Shown here one piece after another: positions 15,201 through 30,200 of a stretch of DNA of 64,000 nt. The position numbers and the translations under genes are program-made. Numbering within the stretch: the first letter of the stretch is position 1; every line of letters starts with the position of its first letter. Under the pieces are notes generated by a model that was not told the origin of the DNA, searched no databases, and worked only from the letters and a program-made list of their open reading frames with translations. Source of the stretch: Phoronis australis (lineage: Eukaryota > Animalia > Phoronida). The stretch covers positions 260,182-324,181 of the forward strand of contig NMRA01000044.1 of the NCBI GenBank assembly GCA_002633005.1. Direction: 5' to 3'.

Positions 15201-18200
15201 ATTTCAATTAGCTTAAGAAAGTAACCCCAGGCCACCTCCCAGCATGGGGATAATGAAGAAAGTTGCACGTCATGGCATGTAGACTGGTGAGATGACATTA
15301 AGTACACTGTGACAAAAACATTACTTGCAAAACTGAAATTACAGTTCCAACTATTTAGTTACAGCATTGAGTTTTATTTTCTGGTCACAGCAAATATCAA
15401 GGATATTCCTGACCAGGTTTGAACCTGTGCCCTTTGTGTGCACCTGATGATAAAATGCGTGCCTTTTTTCAAAAAGCTGTGCCCAGCAGACTTAGTGTAA
15501 TTAAAGTGGTAAGATATGAAACAGAAACCCCAAGGGCAATCGAAATAAGAACTAAGTCATGTTTTACCTAACTGGCTGTAAGTTGACTAAAATCTTGTAT
15601 TTTTGGAAGAATGTTGCGTTTTAAAAGATGTGTCCTCGGGGATGCCCATTTTTAATTGTTTATGTGCTAATGGTGCAAAGGTGCACTCCAGGACTATCCC
15701 TGTAACAGTGTAACTTGAAAGAAAAGAAACACAGTCAGACAACATGTATTGGAAAGTTTATAGACTTACCAAGTGCTTTTAAAACAATATAGGCCATTTA
15801 AGCCAGAAAATGCCAACAAATACCACTACAACATATTCAGTATCTATTAAATTATTCTATGCCTTCTCCTTGTCAACTGAAATAGTCAATTTTTAGCTCC
15901 AAAGGGCTACAATTCCAAGGTTCAAGTTTCAGCAAAGATGTCTAACTGCACATCAAAACAAGTCATTAATCACTGCAAAGGTATGGGTGAAAACATCGCA
16001 AAAAGTGTCACATTCTTGTCTACTCCAATGATAACAACCAATGGCTGTTAGATACGCCCCTTCTCAGTAAAAAATCAATAACGCAAACAATTGTACCGAA
16101 ACCTCTGCCAAGAACTTTAAGACAAGTTTTCTGTGCAGGTTTCTGTTTCAAGAAAAAAATAGTTGATAATGAATATGGAGAAGGATATTCCCATTGGACT
16201 TAAAGCAAAGGCCACTTCATTAGAATACTAAGTCACATCAAAGAAACAGGTATCAGTTTTTTTCACATGTAATCAATACAAAATCAATTCCAATTATACA
16301 CCTTCACTGGCAATTGGAGGGTAGATGGGCGAGGATCTGCTATGAAAGAAGTTATGAAACCAAATTCTGATAGCTTTAAGAAAAATTTCCTGTCAGGAGT
16401 ATTGACTTCAAGTGAAGTGAAATGGATGCCGTTTTCAACAATTCTGTTTTCAACAATACTCATGGGTAGGACACTGTCATGAAACAAAACAAAAATATGA
16501 TAAATGAAAAGTTAGTTAGAACTTTAGTGGACAATTTAAGAAACCAACGATTTAGTGGGTAAAAGTGGTTACTATCGGGGGCCCCGATTCACCAACAACC
16601 GCAAAAACCCACAGGCAATGGAGGTTGAAAAGAGAGTACCCCTTCTCACTAGTGACTGCACTTTCATCTCTTCAGACCAGACATAATTTTTAAAATATTT
16701 CACTGATGACAAAAGTTCCATTCAATTAACACATTGCAAGCCAATATCATGGTGTAGCACAATGACCTTAAAGTTGATTAACTACTAGAAAACTTTAGCT
16801 GAATTTACACAAGAGACAGCTGACACGATCCAGCTAACTCGGAACAGCTGATCAGGTGCTTTAGTGTTACGACTGATACGGAGCAAGTGACACTGCGACG
16901 GCCAGTTTTTCACAAAGGTTTGATAGGTAGAGGAGTAGCACTCGATCAGTTGCACAAGTTTCAACTCTACGTCAACTAAACACAACTGGGGCACCACGGT
17001 TAGGGATGATCTTCACTGGGCTTGTGCAATGGCCTATATTCAGTGATCAGCTGGCATTCCACAAGGTTTGGACATTTGCTATTTATAATTGTTTATGTGA
17101 GCATGCCAGACAGTTTTCATGTAAGTGACCGATTCTGATCCAGTTTGTGATCTAATGTCAGGTAAATGAGACTTAAGTGGAGCAAGTCACACCTGACAAC
17201 TGACACAGTAGCAACTGTCTCTCGTTTAAAGTGATTTTTGTAAAACAATGAGTGTAGAGCCACAACTGTTTTAACAATACAAGAACACTTGAAAGAGCCA
17301 GAATGCATCAAGTGAACTTAGCTGTAAACAGAAGACTGGTACATTGTTTAATTAACACAATGAACCAACAATCTATAAGAACAACAAAGAGGGTTAATTA
17401 ATACATGTTAAACACATCATTAATTCCATTGAGCCAGAACAATAGCTCAGTAGGAGAACCTTGGTTAGACAGTGAACAACAGAGGATTTGTTGATCACAT
17501 GATGCCCACTGGGAAGACTGATGATGTGTAACTGTTCAGTAAGTCATGAAACAATTCAATGTCCCCAAAGACACATCATACTTAAGTGACCCTCGCATAG
17601 AATCGCTGAGCATAAATTTTAGCTACCACACAAGAATGTTACTTTGCGTTAGGTAGTTCTGAGAATTCAATTTCTGTTTTAAATGGTAAGCTTCGATACT
17701 TTGAAATAAGGAATTAGAATTGGAGGATAAATCAACGTTCAAATAGATTTATGAGAACAACTAGAAATGTTGTCTTTAAGATTATGTCAAATGTTTTATC
17801 AGTCGTCATATGAATTCAGTAAAATGGCAAAGCGTGGGAAGGCTGCTTTGATGGGATGCAGGCTTCAAAGTTACCTAAGGCATGGATCCAGCGGCCAGTC
17901 CAGCCTTATGTCACCTTGAAATTGCCAGAAATCATAGAATCTCAAGCACCTACAACATTTGTCCCTTATTGGCCTTCCCACAGGAAAAATCATCAATCCA
18001 TAGCTGGTGACCATAGCTTGATTTCATTAATTTTCACACTTTGACTTTTAAATAAATGTTTAAGTCCTGGTATTGTTGTTATCAAAATGATGATTATTAA
18101 AAAAAAATGGGAAAATATTTTATCCAACTTATATAAAACAGACCAATTCACATAACGTATGGACTTTCTGTTGTGGAGATCTCTTACAGAGTAACATATG

Positions 18201-21200
18201 CTCCTGACATTATAATTGGCAATAAAAATGTGCGCAAGGTTTATCATAGGTTCAGTTGATAACACAGAAACAGTATTTTCATCAAAGTGGGCTAATCCCC
18301 ACCGATTACACCACTAAGACCTAATTTGTCATGTCCACAAACTGAACCCCTGAGATCCCCAAGTAAACAAACCCAGGTAAGGCAATAGCCAATTTCACAT
18401 AACGACAGTTACGAGAAATACACCTCTGGTGATAGCATAGAACTGTTGGCGGATAGTGCCCCTCATTCTTATTTGGAGGTTTAATTAATGCAGTAGGATA
18501 CTTCACAGGATTTTTGATAAATCCCTTGAAATGATGAAGCCATCAAAAATTGCCCATTGTGTGGTACAACGGATAATCAAGTGATTCACATGAAAGTGTT
18601 CATCTAAAAGATCTATCGATGAAAGTAACTGTATTTTGTCTCTGTCCACTCGTTGCCCGTCATACCAAAACAAGAAATTGGATAAGTGCAAGACACTTGT
18701 ATGTAATGTAGAAATATACATTAAGTGTACAGGCAACATTTGAAAATTGAATGGGAATGTAGCATCAGTGATAGTCAGTCTACATAGCAACTTTCGTGTG
18801 ATCACTTATGTTTGTGGGGGCAGCTTATGAAATTGCCAACTCCTTGATAAATGGAGCTATTGGACAATAAGCTCATCTGCTCAGGCAATTACTTAAGTAT
18901 GACAAACATTCTTGGAATTCTCATCTTTATTGAGTACCTTGTTATATCATTAAAGCCAAGATTGGGTTATGATGCAAGTAACAAGACTTGAATACTGAGT
19001 CAGTCCTGTCAGGACTACTTGAGTATGTAATATCCCTTAATTCTAAATGGTTACCAGTGAATCCTTCATCGATTAAACCCTATTTTTGTTGTGTTGACAC
19101 ATGTAACAGGATTTACGAAAGAGCCCTCACCCAAACATGAAGGCCCACGAGGAGTATTTCAGAAATCCCAGGTAGATATTTCAAAGGAAATTTTCTCTGA
19201 TGGTTTTTGACTTCATGGAAGGCAGTAATTCAAATTCTTCCCGATTGACACTTCCACTTCACACAATATAACGATGTCAAGGTGGACTCTTGCTTTGTGA
19301 CCTCAAACTTTTTTAACTAAGCTTGAGGTCGAAGATTTTTGGGGGTCCTAGAACACCCACAATCTCACCTACAAAGGATGCAGATCAAAAAAGAGAATCG
19401 TGAGGTCAGTTTTTGCACACTGAATAATGCAGCAAAACTTTTATGCAAGTTTCGATCTGATACAACATTCACATGCCATCAAATCTGGCGTTCACATGCC
19501 ATCAAATCTGATGTTCACATGCCATCAGATCTGAAGGCTCATTAAAAAAATTGATCTGGTTTCTTATACTCCACTAAAAACCAGAGGCAGATTTTTCTTC
19601 TTACAGTGAGATGCCCAACATGTCAAACACGCAATTTGTTGCTAGGCTCTGTTTGTCCATGGTCATCACGTGCAATTGGTCAAGATACAGTTAAATCTCA
19701 TCAATTTCGGCAAAAATAAATTCCAAAGTAGCGCTTTTTTATTTTTCAGACTTCTAGCATTGGTGTGTCAATGTGTTTGCAAAATATTGTTTGTTGATAG
19801 CAATATGGTACAGAAATTGGACTATCACTTTAGTAGACCACTAAGTATAATTATTGGATATGGTAAACTATCACTTTAGTAGACCACTAAGTATAATTAT
19901 TGGATATGGTAAACTATCACTTTAGTGGACCACTAAGTTTAATTATTGGATATGGTAAACTATCACTTTAGTAGACCACTAAGTATAATTATTGGATATG
20001 GTAAACTATCACTTAAGTAGACCACTAAGTATAATTATTGGATATGGTAAACTATCACTTTAGTAGACCACTAAGTATAATTATTGGATATGGTAAACTA
20101 TCACTTAAGTAGACCACTAAGTATAATTATTGGATATGGTAAACTATCACTTTAGTAGACCAATAAGTATAATTATTGGATATGGTAAACTATTACTTAA
20201 GTAGACCACTAAGTATAATTATTGGATATGGTAAACTATCACTTTAGTGGACCACTAAGTTTAATTATTGGATATGGTAAACTATCACTTTAGTAGACCA
20301 CTAAGTTTAATTATTGGATATGGTAAACTATCACTTTAGTAGACCACTAAGTATAATTATTGGATATGGTAAACTATCACTTTAGTGGACCACTAAGTAT
20401 AATTATTGGATATGGTAAACTATCACTTTAGTAGACCACTAAGTATAATTATTGGATATGGTAAACTATCACTTTAGTAGACCACTAAGTATTATTATTG
20501 GATATGGTAAACTATCACTTTAGTAGACCACTAAGTATAGTTATTGGATATGGTAAACTATCACTTTAGTAGACCACTAAGTATTATTATTTATAGAAGC
20601 ATGAGAAAAAAATTCACTTATCCACCACGTGTCCTAAATGAGTAAGATTTTGAAATGTTGAGGTTTTGCACAATGGTATACGAATTATTGAGGAGACAGA
20701 TTAGGTCACCAGAGTTAAAATGGCCATTCCAAGTGAATTTAAACCTGCCCTCTAATCAGCTCTAATCTACCTTTTGGAAAAATACGACATGTGAACACAG
20801 TGTAATAATGGATGTAGTAAATCACATGAAAAGTGGTCGCTTCGATTCTTGGGCCTTCCAACGATTTAAAAAGTTTGAGAAAATCTTGGTGCTAAGTCAA
20901 CTTGACATTTAATGAACAGAGACTGTACATATGTATATCAATATCTACATCACACATCAGACCTTAGGTAAATGTTAAGGATCTGAGTTCTGAAGAGAAC
21001 ACTCCACTGGACTGACAACTCACATTTGATGTATAAAACAGTGATAAGGCAAAATCTGGTAAGTATTCTGTCGCAATCGAAAAAACACATAGCGCGGTTA
21101 ATTCCGAAACCCAAGTTTCTTTCTTAATACAACTGTTATGAATTAATGGTAATTTTCAGAAAAATCTTTTTCACTGAACTTTGAAAGGTAAGAGAAATGG

Positions 21201-24200
21201 TTGACGTGTCTACCTGTCCCACACATTCAATCACAGTGATGACCTGATCCAACACCAGGTGTCTCTCCCTGCAATGACCAAACTGAGGCAAGAGAATTGT
21301 TTTACCCACAGGAATTAGTGCTTGATATCAGTGATATAATGCATTCCAGTGTTGACTTTTGACGAACATAAAACATTAAGTGACTGCTAGATGAAGAAGA
21401 AGGAGGATTAATAATAACACAGACGTGCCTTAGAATAAAGCCGCGCTAAGCAGCAAAAAATGTAATGGGCAGTTATATGTTGATAAATGTGCATTCAAGG
21501 GAGAGTTATTGAGTAAAATGTCTTCTCTTCTGGAAAGTTATAAATTTGTTTTTACACATAGTCGATGTGTTTTATAGATAATTTCCATGTTAAACAGACA
21601 AGTTACAAATACTGCCAAATGAATCAAAATTATCCTCATTGACTTTAAGATATATTGTATGCAGTCAGCACTAATTGACTTTGAAATGGTTTAGAATCAT
21701 TTCTTGCAAGGTATCTGAGAAATCACCACTAATTACTGGCTCATTTAAGCCACATTTACATGGGAGACAACTGTCACAGAGCAACTAATGCAGAACAGCT
21801 GATCGGGCCCAAGTGTGTGCGTAAACACGTCCGATACGGAGCAAGTTGACACTGCGGCGGCCATTTTTGACACGAATTTGAGAGATAGAGTGAGTGGCAC
21901 TCAATCAGTTGCTCCAGTTTTAGCTACACGTTTAAACACAACTGGGGCAGGATGGAAAGGGATCATCTTTCAATGCGTTTGCGCAATAGCATTCACTATT
22001 ATTTATGAGAGCATGTGCAGTCTTTGTGTAAATGACTCGGGCTGATCCAGTTTGTGATTTAACGTTGTGTAAATGCGACTTAAGTACAGCAAGTCACACC
22101 GTGACAACTCGTGCCGTGTAAAAACAGCTTTAGAAGCCCACAAATCGCACTCTTTTTGGCAGCCCCCCATACACAATTTTCATTGAAATTCAAAAAGAAA
22201 TAGAAAAAGATGATGTGCGAATACCCCGGTATAAATATCCTCCTTTCTACCCACTGGCACAAAATATGACAGACGAATAACTTATTTGTTCAAAAAATCT
22301 CAACAAAGACAAAGATTGATACCGCGTTCACATGCTGTACATCATCCAGAATCTGAAAAATTTTCACATTCGAACATATCTGATCTACATTCTTATGATA
22401 TAGCACAACCCAAAATCAGACTGGCATGTGAAGGTTAAATTCCGATGGTGCGATTTGAGATTTGACTGAGGCTGTTCACAGTGATTGAATGTCATTGGCC
22501 AGAACATAAAGTGTTTTACATGTCATGCCAATTACAAGTAAGACGGCCAATAGAGTGCCCTTGTGAATGCTCCTACACATGTCCTATCAGCCTTCTTCTA
22601 AAATTCCACATCATCTGAATGGAGTGGAAAGCAAATTTAATCCTTTATAAGCCTGCCACCTACGGTGTCAGAAATAATTCATTACTTGTATCGAGATCTG
22701 TAATTAGTATTTGACAAACAAAAATGAGTATTTGTGTGCAAAAAGTGAAGAATTACCGCGATTGAGTTATACAATATTATCGTTAATCATTATTAATTTA
22801 ACATGGGATTTGATCATATTTTTGATGTGGTTAAAGCAATTGTACTTAAAGTAGTACCATAGCAATTTCCCTTCAATGTTCACATCACTGTCACTCACAC
22901 TATTGCAACAGTAACAAACACAAACGAAAAATAAATACAATAGATGGTCTTGTCTTCATGCATGGTCCTTGCGGCTGTGTGCATAGCTGAAGGGAAAACG
23001 GACACTTCGAGGCTGAAAACTGATCCTAAAAGCCTCCCTAGCAAAAAGAGTATTTAAGCAAAATTATAAGCCCCAGGCGACACATTGTAAGCATTGAATA
23101 GGGCTGGATAACAGCATTTAACAGGTTGATTTTGATAAACAGAGGTTGAAGAGAGAATCCCTTTTGTATTTGTCAGTGGAAATACAAGTGAGGCGTTGTA
23201 CAAGTCCACCCTGTCAAAATATGGCGGCTTTGCCACTTTATGAGTCAGAATAAGAAAACCAAAAGAAAACCATAGGCAGAGTAGTTCTCAAACAACAGGT
23301 TAATACCACATTCCAAACTTGATGGGAAAAGACAGGCATGTAAAAAGAAAGCAAGGAATGTGATGACAACATAAAGATGGAAATGTGTAATAAAGAATTA
23401 AGCAAGCTGACGGCCATTTCAGGTTGAGACAGGGACTACTTTATAATTTAGAAAAGGTCTGCCTCAACATAGCCACTTGGAGTGGTGACAAATTGTTTTA
23501 CTTAACAGATGTTCCATAAAATTCTCCACCATGTATACTGGAATGCATGAAAAAATATCATCTCAAATGACTGGTAGAGACATAACAAGGCAATGGGGCA
23601 AGTGGGCTTTTCAAAAGGATTGTGTAATTGATTTTAAGTGTTATTTTTGGCAGAACTGCACCATTACCAAACCACTGTGGATAGGACCAAGAGAAATTTT
23701 TGTTTAGTCTGGGGAAACGTGAAGATTGATATCAACAACAGCCCACTTTACACCAACCAAGGATTTATTCAACATTCCAATAATGCACAGAGAAATATCC
23801 TGACAAGAGATAAACAAGTTCAAAAAGTAGACTTTAAAAATTGGTGTGTGCAAGTTTAATGTAATTATATGACTAGCAAATTATAATTAAGTATGAATAA
23901 AACAAAACACTACTGCTTCTCTCTGAGAATAGAAATGAGGAACAGGTGCAAAGTAGAAAATGGAAAGTTTTCTATTCCATAACAGCCAACGGAATATTGA
24001 GAGCTGTCAAAAATCCAGGATGGGAGTTTAGCCAGTTTACAACCCTATGAAATTTGTCACCCACACAAACCATTCACACAAATTGGTCACTTTCAAATTA
24101 GGCTGTCACACAAATCAATATTGTTTAAACATAAATACAAGCCAGCTGTGAGACACCAGCAGTAGCACTGGACCATTCACCCCCAAAATTGATTCAAGAA

Positions 24201-27200
24201 AAGGAGAATGGAAATTAAAATAAAATTGACAAACAATTATAACAAAGATGGGTCCTTATTCACAGCGGTCAGAAATTGGTCATCTTTTAACTTCCTTGGG
24301 GTCAACCCAGATCGGACAGCCCAAGCTTGTGTGTACAGGGGTCTGCTGCTGACAAGATATTTCTGGTACAAGCTACAAGCACAATACTTGATATCAATTT
24401 CAGAAGTATTTAAAAAAATACTGAAATTGACTTGATAATCAATAGATTTCTCATACTTTCATCTTTCAAACTTACACACCACAATAGTAGATTGTATTTT
24501 GGAAAGACACCAAAAGTGAATAAGGTTTTAAAATAGATTTCAATGGTTAACAGTTTTCACTTTGTATCACTGCCACTGGTTAGTCATATCTGCAAGAGGT
24601 GGTCTATATGGTTCACTGAACATACCTGTCTGCCAGGTAAAGGCAACAATTACATAACTGCGGTAAACGCTGTAAAATATGGAACAAAGCCCGCCATGAA
24701 ACGAGACTCCTAATGACAAGCCAACAGGACGCCTGGGGCACCCCTAGGGGACCACACGTAACCGGAACCGTTGAAAGAATAAATCGAATGTGAGCAGGAC
24801 TTAAGTGAAATATTAATGATGGGTTGAAAAACACCTGGGGGACAGGTTAGGGACCACAGGGATTTAAATTACCAAACGAGGGATATGTGGAAAACATTGC
24901 ACCTGTGTTACCCGAACAGGTAAGCTTCAATTACCTGGAAGGGACAATGAAAGGACCAGGGTGATGAGTTACCAGGTAGATAGATATGACTAGGTGTGGT
25001 GTAATAAAAGGAACTGTCAGGAAGTGAAATATGATCGTTAAAAGCATCGTTAAATGCGTTTCTTGGTAAAATCATCGACCCCCATCAAAAGTTTATGAAT
25101 AAGCTAGTTCAACTGATTCGGCACGTGTTCTAACCATAATGCATGTCTTCAGGTCCTTCCGCCTATATGATAAGCTGTGTCCATTTGTAATTACACTAAA
25201 AATTCTTTAGCTGAGTACACAATATGATGGACAGACGAAATCTCATTTTGTCAAATTCTTCAACAAAAATAACTTTTCAGAAAAATTAACTTTGCTTTTT
25301 GAATGATTTGTATGATGTAGCTATTATCAAACAACATTTCCATAATATGACACGCCTCTGAAAAATATAAATATGGTAATTTTAATCATTCTTTTGGCCC
25401 ATATTGAAGAAATTTTACCGTAGGTACATACAACTCCATGCGAAACAAAAGACTAACACATTTCCAAAATGTTATACAGTAATCACTGTAAACGAAAGGT
25501 GGGGCGGAAGTAATTATCAGCTGCAGTTACATATACAGACGCATTTTCTTTTGTGCCGTACTAGCATTAGGTGTTCGTTGTTCCATACAGAGCGACAACT
25601 TGACAACTTCCACCTTACCCTAGCAACCACATTACGGTAACTTCAAAGAGCACTTGGCTGATAATGGACATTAACTAGAAACCACGTGATACACATCACT
25701 AGATTATGAGTCTGAAAGATAGTTTTTAACAACGTATTTTGATTTTTTCTCATGAATTATGTCATGGGCACCGTGACTCTACTCTTGAGGAAGCATAATG
25801 GAAAGCTCAAATTAAATTTAACCAAAATTTCAACAAGTAACTTTTCCCCAATAAACAGCAACAATGTTTACGGTAGACACAAACAGAGCTGTTATATCCG
25901 GGGACCCAGCCAAATCGATTCAGAATTGAATAGCAATCTTCTCCATGGAGACGGTCACCTCGTTCAACTAAATACAATTTGCACAATATTTAAGAAGACT
26001 AAAATGGACTATTACTAGAATCCAAGACTATACAGTAATCGAGTTAAGTCTATTAAACATGACTAGTAGTCTTAAATGACTATACAGAAATAATGAGTCG
26101 ACAAATGTGAAGTTAATCTAGAAGAGATGGTGACTGCAATGAGAAATGAGCCTGATGCCATTATGTGCCACAGGATATCAAAAAGATTCAGCAGTATAAT
26201 TTGTGATTAGTCCTTATCAATCCCTAGGCAAATTTTCGCAATTTAAGGACAAAACATACCCAACTGACTAAGGCTTGTGTTCAGGCCTAAACGTCAACTA
26301 AGACTTTTCAACAACCCCACTTTTTGAAAGCACCCAAGTTTTTGTAATTTGCTATAAAAATTCTGCAGTTTTGGGATATAAGAGAAATATGGTGAACCCC
26401 AAAAATTGCACATCCCAATCTCTAAAATGAAAAATCAACTTTGACTTGAATTTCAGTGTACCAAATTTTGTAGATTTCATCAACATGGAGAATTTTTCAC
26501 AAAGATATATTAGGCATTAGCCTCTGCAACAAAGACAAGTTAAACAGTTATTTTCAAGTTAAGTGATACTAACCGCAACTAGCAATAGCATGAGAATGCG
26601 TAAAAATGCACCAGCTTTGAAAGTACCTTACCTTTATACTGTTTTGTATGGCTGTGAAAGATATTGGTCAGATACGCGTTGGTAGCTATCAGGGCATGTC
26701 TGAACGTCTTCTTAGCCGAAATCATGTAGCGTTTCTCCATTTGGTGGGTACAACAGCTCGTCTTAGACGGTTGCGTTGCACCGTTGTAGCAAATCTGCAT
26801 GTTGGAGTCTGCAACCAATCACAACAGGCATTACATTGAGATATTTTGTCGGTACATGTTGGGGATTGCAACCAATCACAACGGGTGGGGTCTGCAACCA
26901 GTCACAACCGGTATTACGTTGAGTTATTGAGTCAGTGCACTTTGATATTCGCAACCCAAGCACAAGTTACGGAAAACCTTGCAAAACGCAAGAACACGCA
27001 AGGCTCTAGTGCAGATCCCATGTGTGTCGTGAACAGTCTCTAGTGCCGTTACCATGAGAAAATTGGTGGAAATAATCAGGTGCATTTTGCACTGGCACTC
27101 AAATTTGCTGGGATTCTGAATTTCACCAAATGTGGCTGGATTAATACTGGGTCGTTGTTTGATAAAACAACTGGAAGACTGTGTAGTGTCGGTGTCTGCC

Positions 27201-30200
27201 AATAGAAGTGACATAACTTTCTGGTATTGGTGAATCCTTTGGGCAAGGCTTGGAATGACCAATGGCGAAAAACGCGGAAATTTGTACGGCCGAAACATGC
27301 GCGCAGCCAGGCTTGAAAATGTCGGTGTGAACCTTTGACGACAAAATTCGGGAGGACTAAAAAAAATAAAAAAAAAAGATCGGCCTTAAGAAGCGTGCGT
27401 CTGCGTCTTTTTAGCTTGTCCGCCACTCCCACCTCCACACATTTTTGGCTGCAGAGTCACTATCCTAGATGCCCCGGCAATGTTGACAATTTACGTTCCT
27501 CCGAAACATAAAGAGCAACTTCCGCTTTTCGAGGTGAAAGTCGCCGGCAACGCCGCGGTAAGAAATTTGCTGCGGAAGTTTTATATCAAATCCAACTTTT
27601 TTACGCGGAAATATAATAAAATACGCGGACAGAACATTTGAAAAAAGCGGAAATCCGCGTTTCCGCGAAAAATTCCAAGCCTTGTTTGGGAACACGACCA
27701 ACTAATACCGTGTAGTTTTCCAGAAACATTTCAGGGATTACAGGAGAACGACACTGTCCCTATTCGAAAATGACTCCTAATTCATACACAACCTCAAAGT
27801 GAAGTGTGGCCTAGAATACAAGAAATGTCATTAAACTGGTAATGAATAAAAACAAGCAGCAGAACTGATCATTTAACCACATGTTAAAAGCCATAAACTA
27901 CAACAACAACTGTTCTAAATTCATGAGCTCTTAATAAATGGTTTTATGTGAATGACTGGCAGCCAATGTGTCAATTGCTAGAAATTTTGAAGAACACATT
28001 GTTGAATGCCAAGCACTTCCTCATTATACCCCTCAAAAAAATCAAATGCTTTCAAACTTAACACGCTTCCTATACATGGGCACTTCTCTCACGTAATGGA
28101 TGGGGTGCCACAACATCTTATCAATGCCACATCTTAAAAATTCAGATCAATACTACAACTGGGTAACTGAATACCCAAAACACTAAAAAAAATGTCTGCA
28201 TGATGTTTTTGGGTGTTGCTGGGCGTAAGGTCCAGTTCCGGGTGTCCCAATTTTTTATTTTGAGATGCTGCCAACTATGACATCAACCAATGACTGTAAG
28301 GACAAAACACCTACGAGGGTCGACGGCATGCCCCTTTCAAACCTTTTGTTACACGATCCCAATATTGTGGATCTTTCACCAAAATAATATGAGGCAATCT
28401 ATTATTAATTTCAGGTAAATGTATGCCGTTAAACCAGAAATTTATTGAACGCCGTGGTTCATCATAATTGTGAAATGAACTTGGAGAAAACTATTTCCCC
28501 AGCAAACCAAAAAGGAAATTGTAACACTGGACAGCATAAATAATTCATTAATTACCCATTTAAATCTGTACAGCTTGTCAAATCAAACAAAATGGAGAAC
28601 AGAAACTGGATTGCAACTAACAGTGGTTTTACTCAAACTTTTGGATTTACAGTTTTGTTAGAAACTGGCACCTAAGTCGGACGTTTCCTTGCTACAAATT
28701 TCACTTTAATACATCAAACTATATTTAAAACAGACACATCACAATTACTTCACTTCAGCATGTGTTAAATTAAAGTTAATCATTGACCAGTGCATATTAC
28801 TGTCACACAACTGAAGGCAGAACACAGAAATTTAGTGCATTTCACTTCAGATACTTGCACACCGATCTGCATAAGTAGTGAGTCATTCAATAGCCAAATT
28901 ATATATATCACTCACTAATCACAAAAATAGTGCAGGCAATCAGACAAACCGGAACAATTGTGTAAAATTGGGGTGTTCTTGTGAGAGATAAATGATGACC
29001 GCTTCAAACAACATGAGTCAGCAATGGTTAAAAAATTAGTGGCTCGTTAGGTAGATGGACTTCAAAATACCCGGTGGCTGGACATAGCAAACATAATGGT
29101 CAAATATCAAAAGAAACCATTGCAGAAAAGGTTTCTAAATAGTTCCCTAACGCTACATGGAGACCATGTGTTCAGTAACTGTGACAGACCTATGTGATTC
29201 AGAACTGGGGTAGGGACTAGGGAAGCAATTCTTTTATTTTTTGCCAAGGGTGTGCTGCTAGAAAATTAGGACAATCACCTTTCACAAACAAACATAAAAA
29301 GATCATACTAAAAAGTAACTATTTTATGTTTTTTTGGTTAGAAAAGAACTTCTTTTGTGGAGAATTCAATCCGAAAAAGAACCATTCGTGTGGACCATAA
29401 CACCCATCTTAGCACCAAGTCCCATACACAACTTCTTTCCAAAAAAGGGCTCACAGCCGATTGGCCACAATAATTTTGAGTCCCATCAGTAACTTGCAGC
29501 TGATTGGCTACCAGTCACTGGTCATAGACTCATAGCTAAGGTCACAGTATTTCTGAGTGGGCTAAATGGAACATGGTTGATTTAGTTACTGTCAGAATGG
29601 AGAGAATTACAACTCTGCACAAACAGGCATCAAATAAAGAAGCAACTGGAGTATTAAGTTCCAAGGATGTCACTTGATGATCACCAAGAATGCTTTTTAT
29701 AACATGCACCAGAAATAGATCACAACACGAGGTATCACCATAGCGGTATCCTCATGCAACTGGGAAACAATGTTTAGGACCATACAGCGTTATTTTAATA
29801 AGGTCAAGGTGAAATTGCAAACTTGAGTAAATCAAGTTAGCAACAGTGAATCGTTGCATTGAAGTAATTGAGGATATTCGGATGTTCAGTGTGACGAATG
29901 ACGTTAACGTTGGACCCAGTCAAATAACATTACAATGCCAAAGTTAAAAATAGCAATAATTAGGTCAGATTTACATAACAGTGTTAATGTCTAAGCATAA
30001 GTGCTCGAAATGTTACCTGGTTGTGTACCAGGTAAACCTTATCATTTGCATGTGTCACTGCTGTCGGAACACACTGATTAATCACAATTTTGTAAAAAAT
30101 TTCAAGTTCAAAGTTGCCACTGTGGTTATCTGAATCAGAAAATCCAAGACAGGCAAAATTTTTGAAAATGTGATGCGACTGCATTTCTGTTCCACGTCAT

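Noticed and set aside
15405-15435. tRNA or SINE B-box (GGTTCAAACC, minus strand)
   Set aside because: No A-box or cloverleaf visible.
19821-20590. CRISPR-like array
   Set aside because: Units are contiguous with no unique spacers, the context is a eukaryotic intron, and there are no cas genes.
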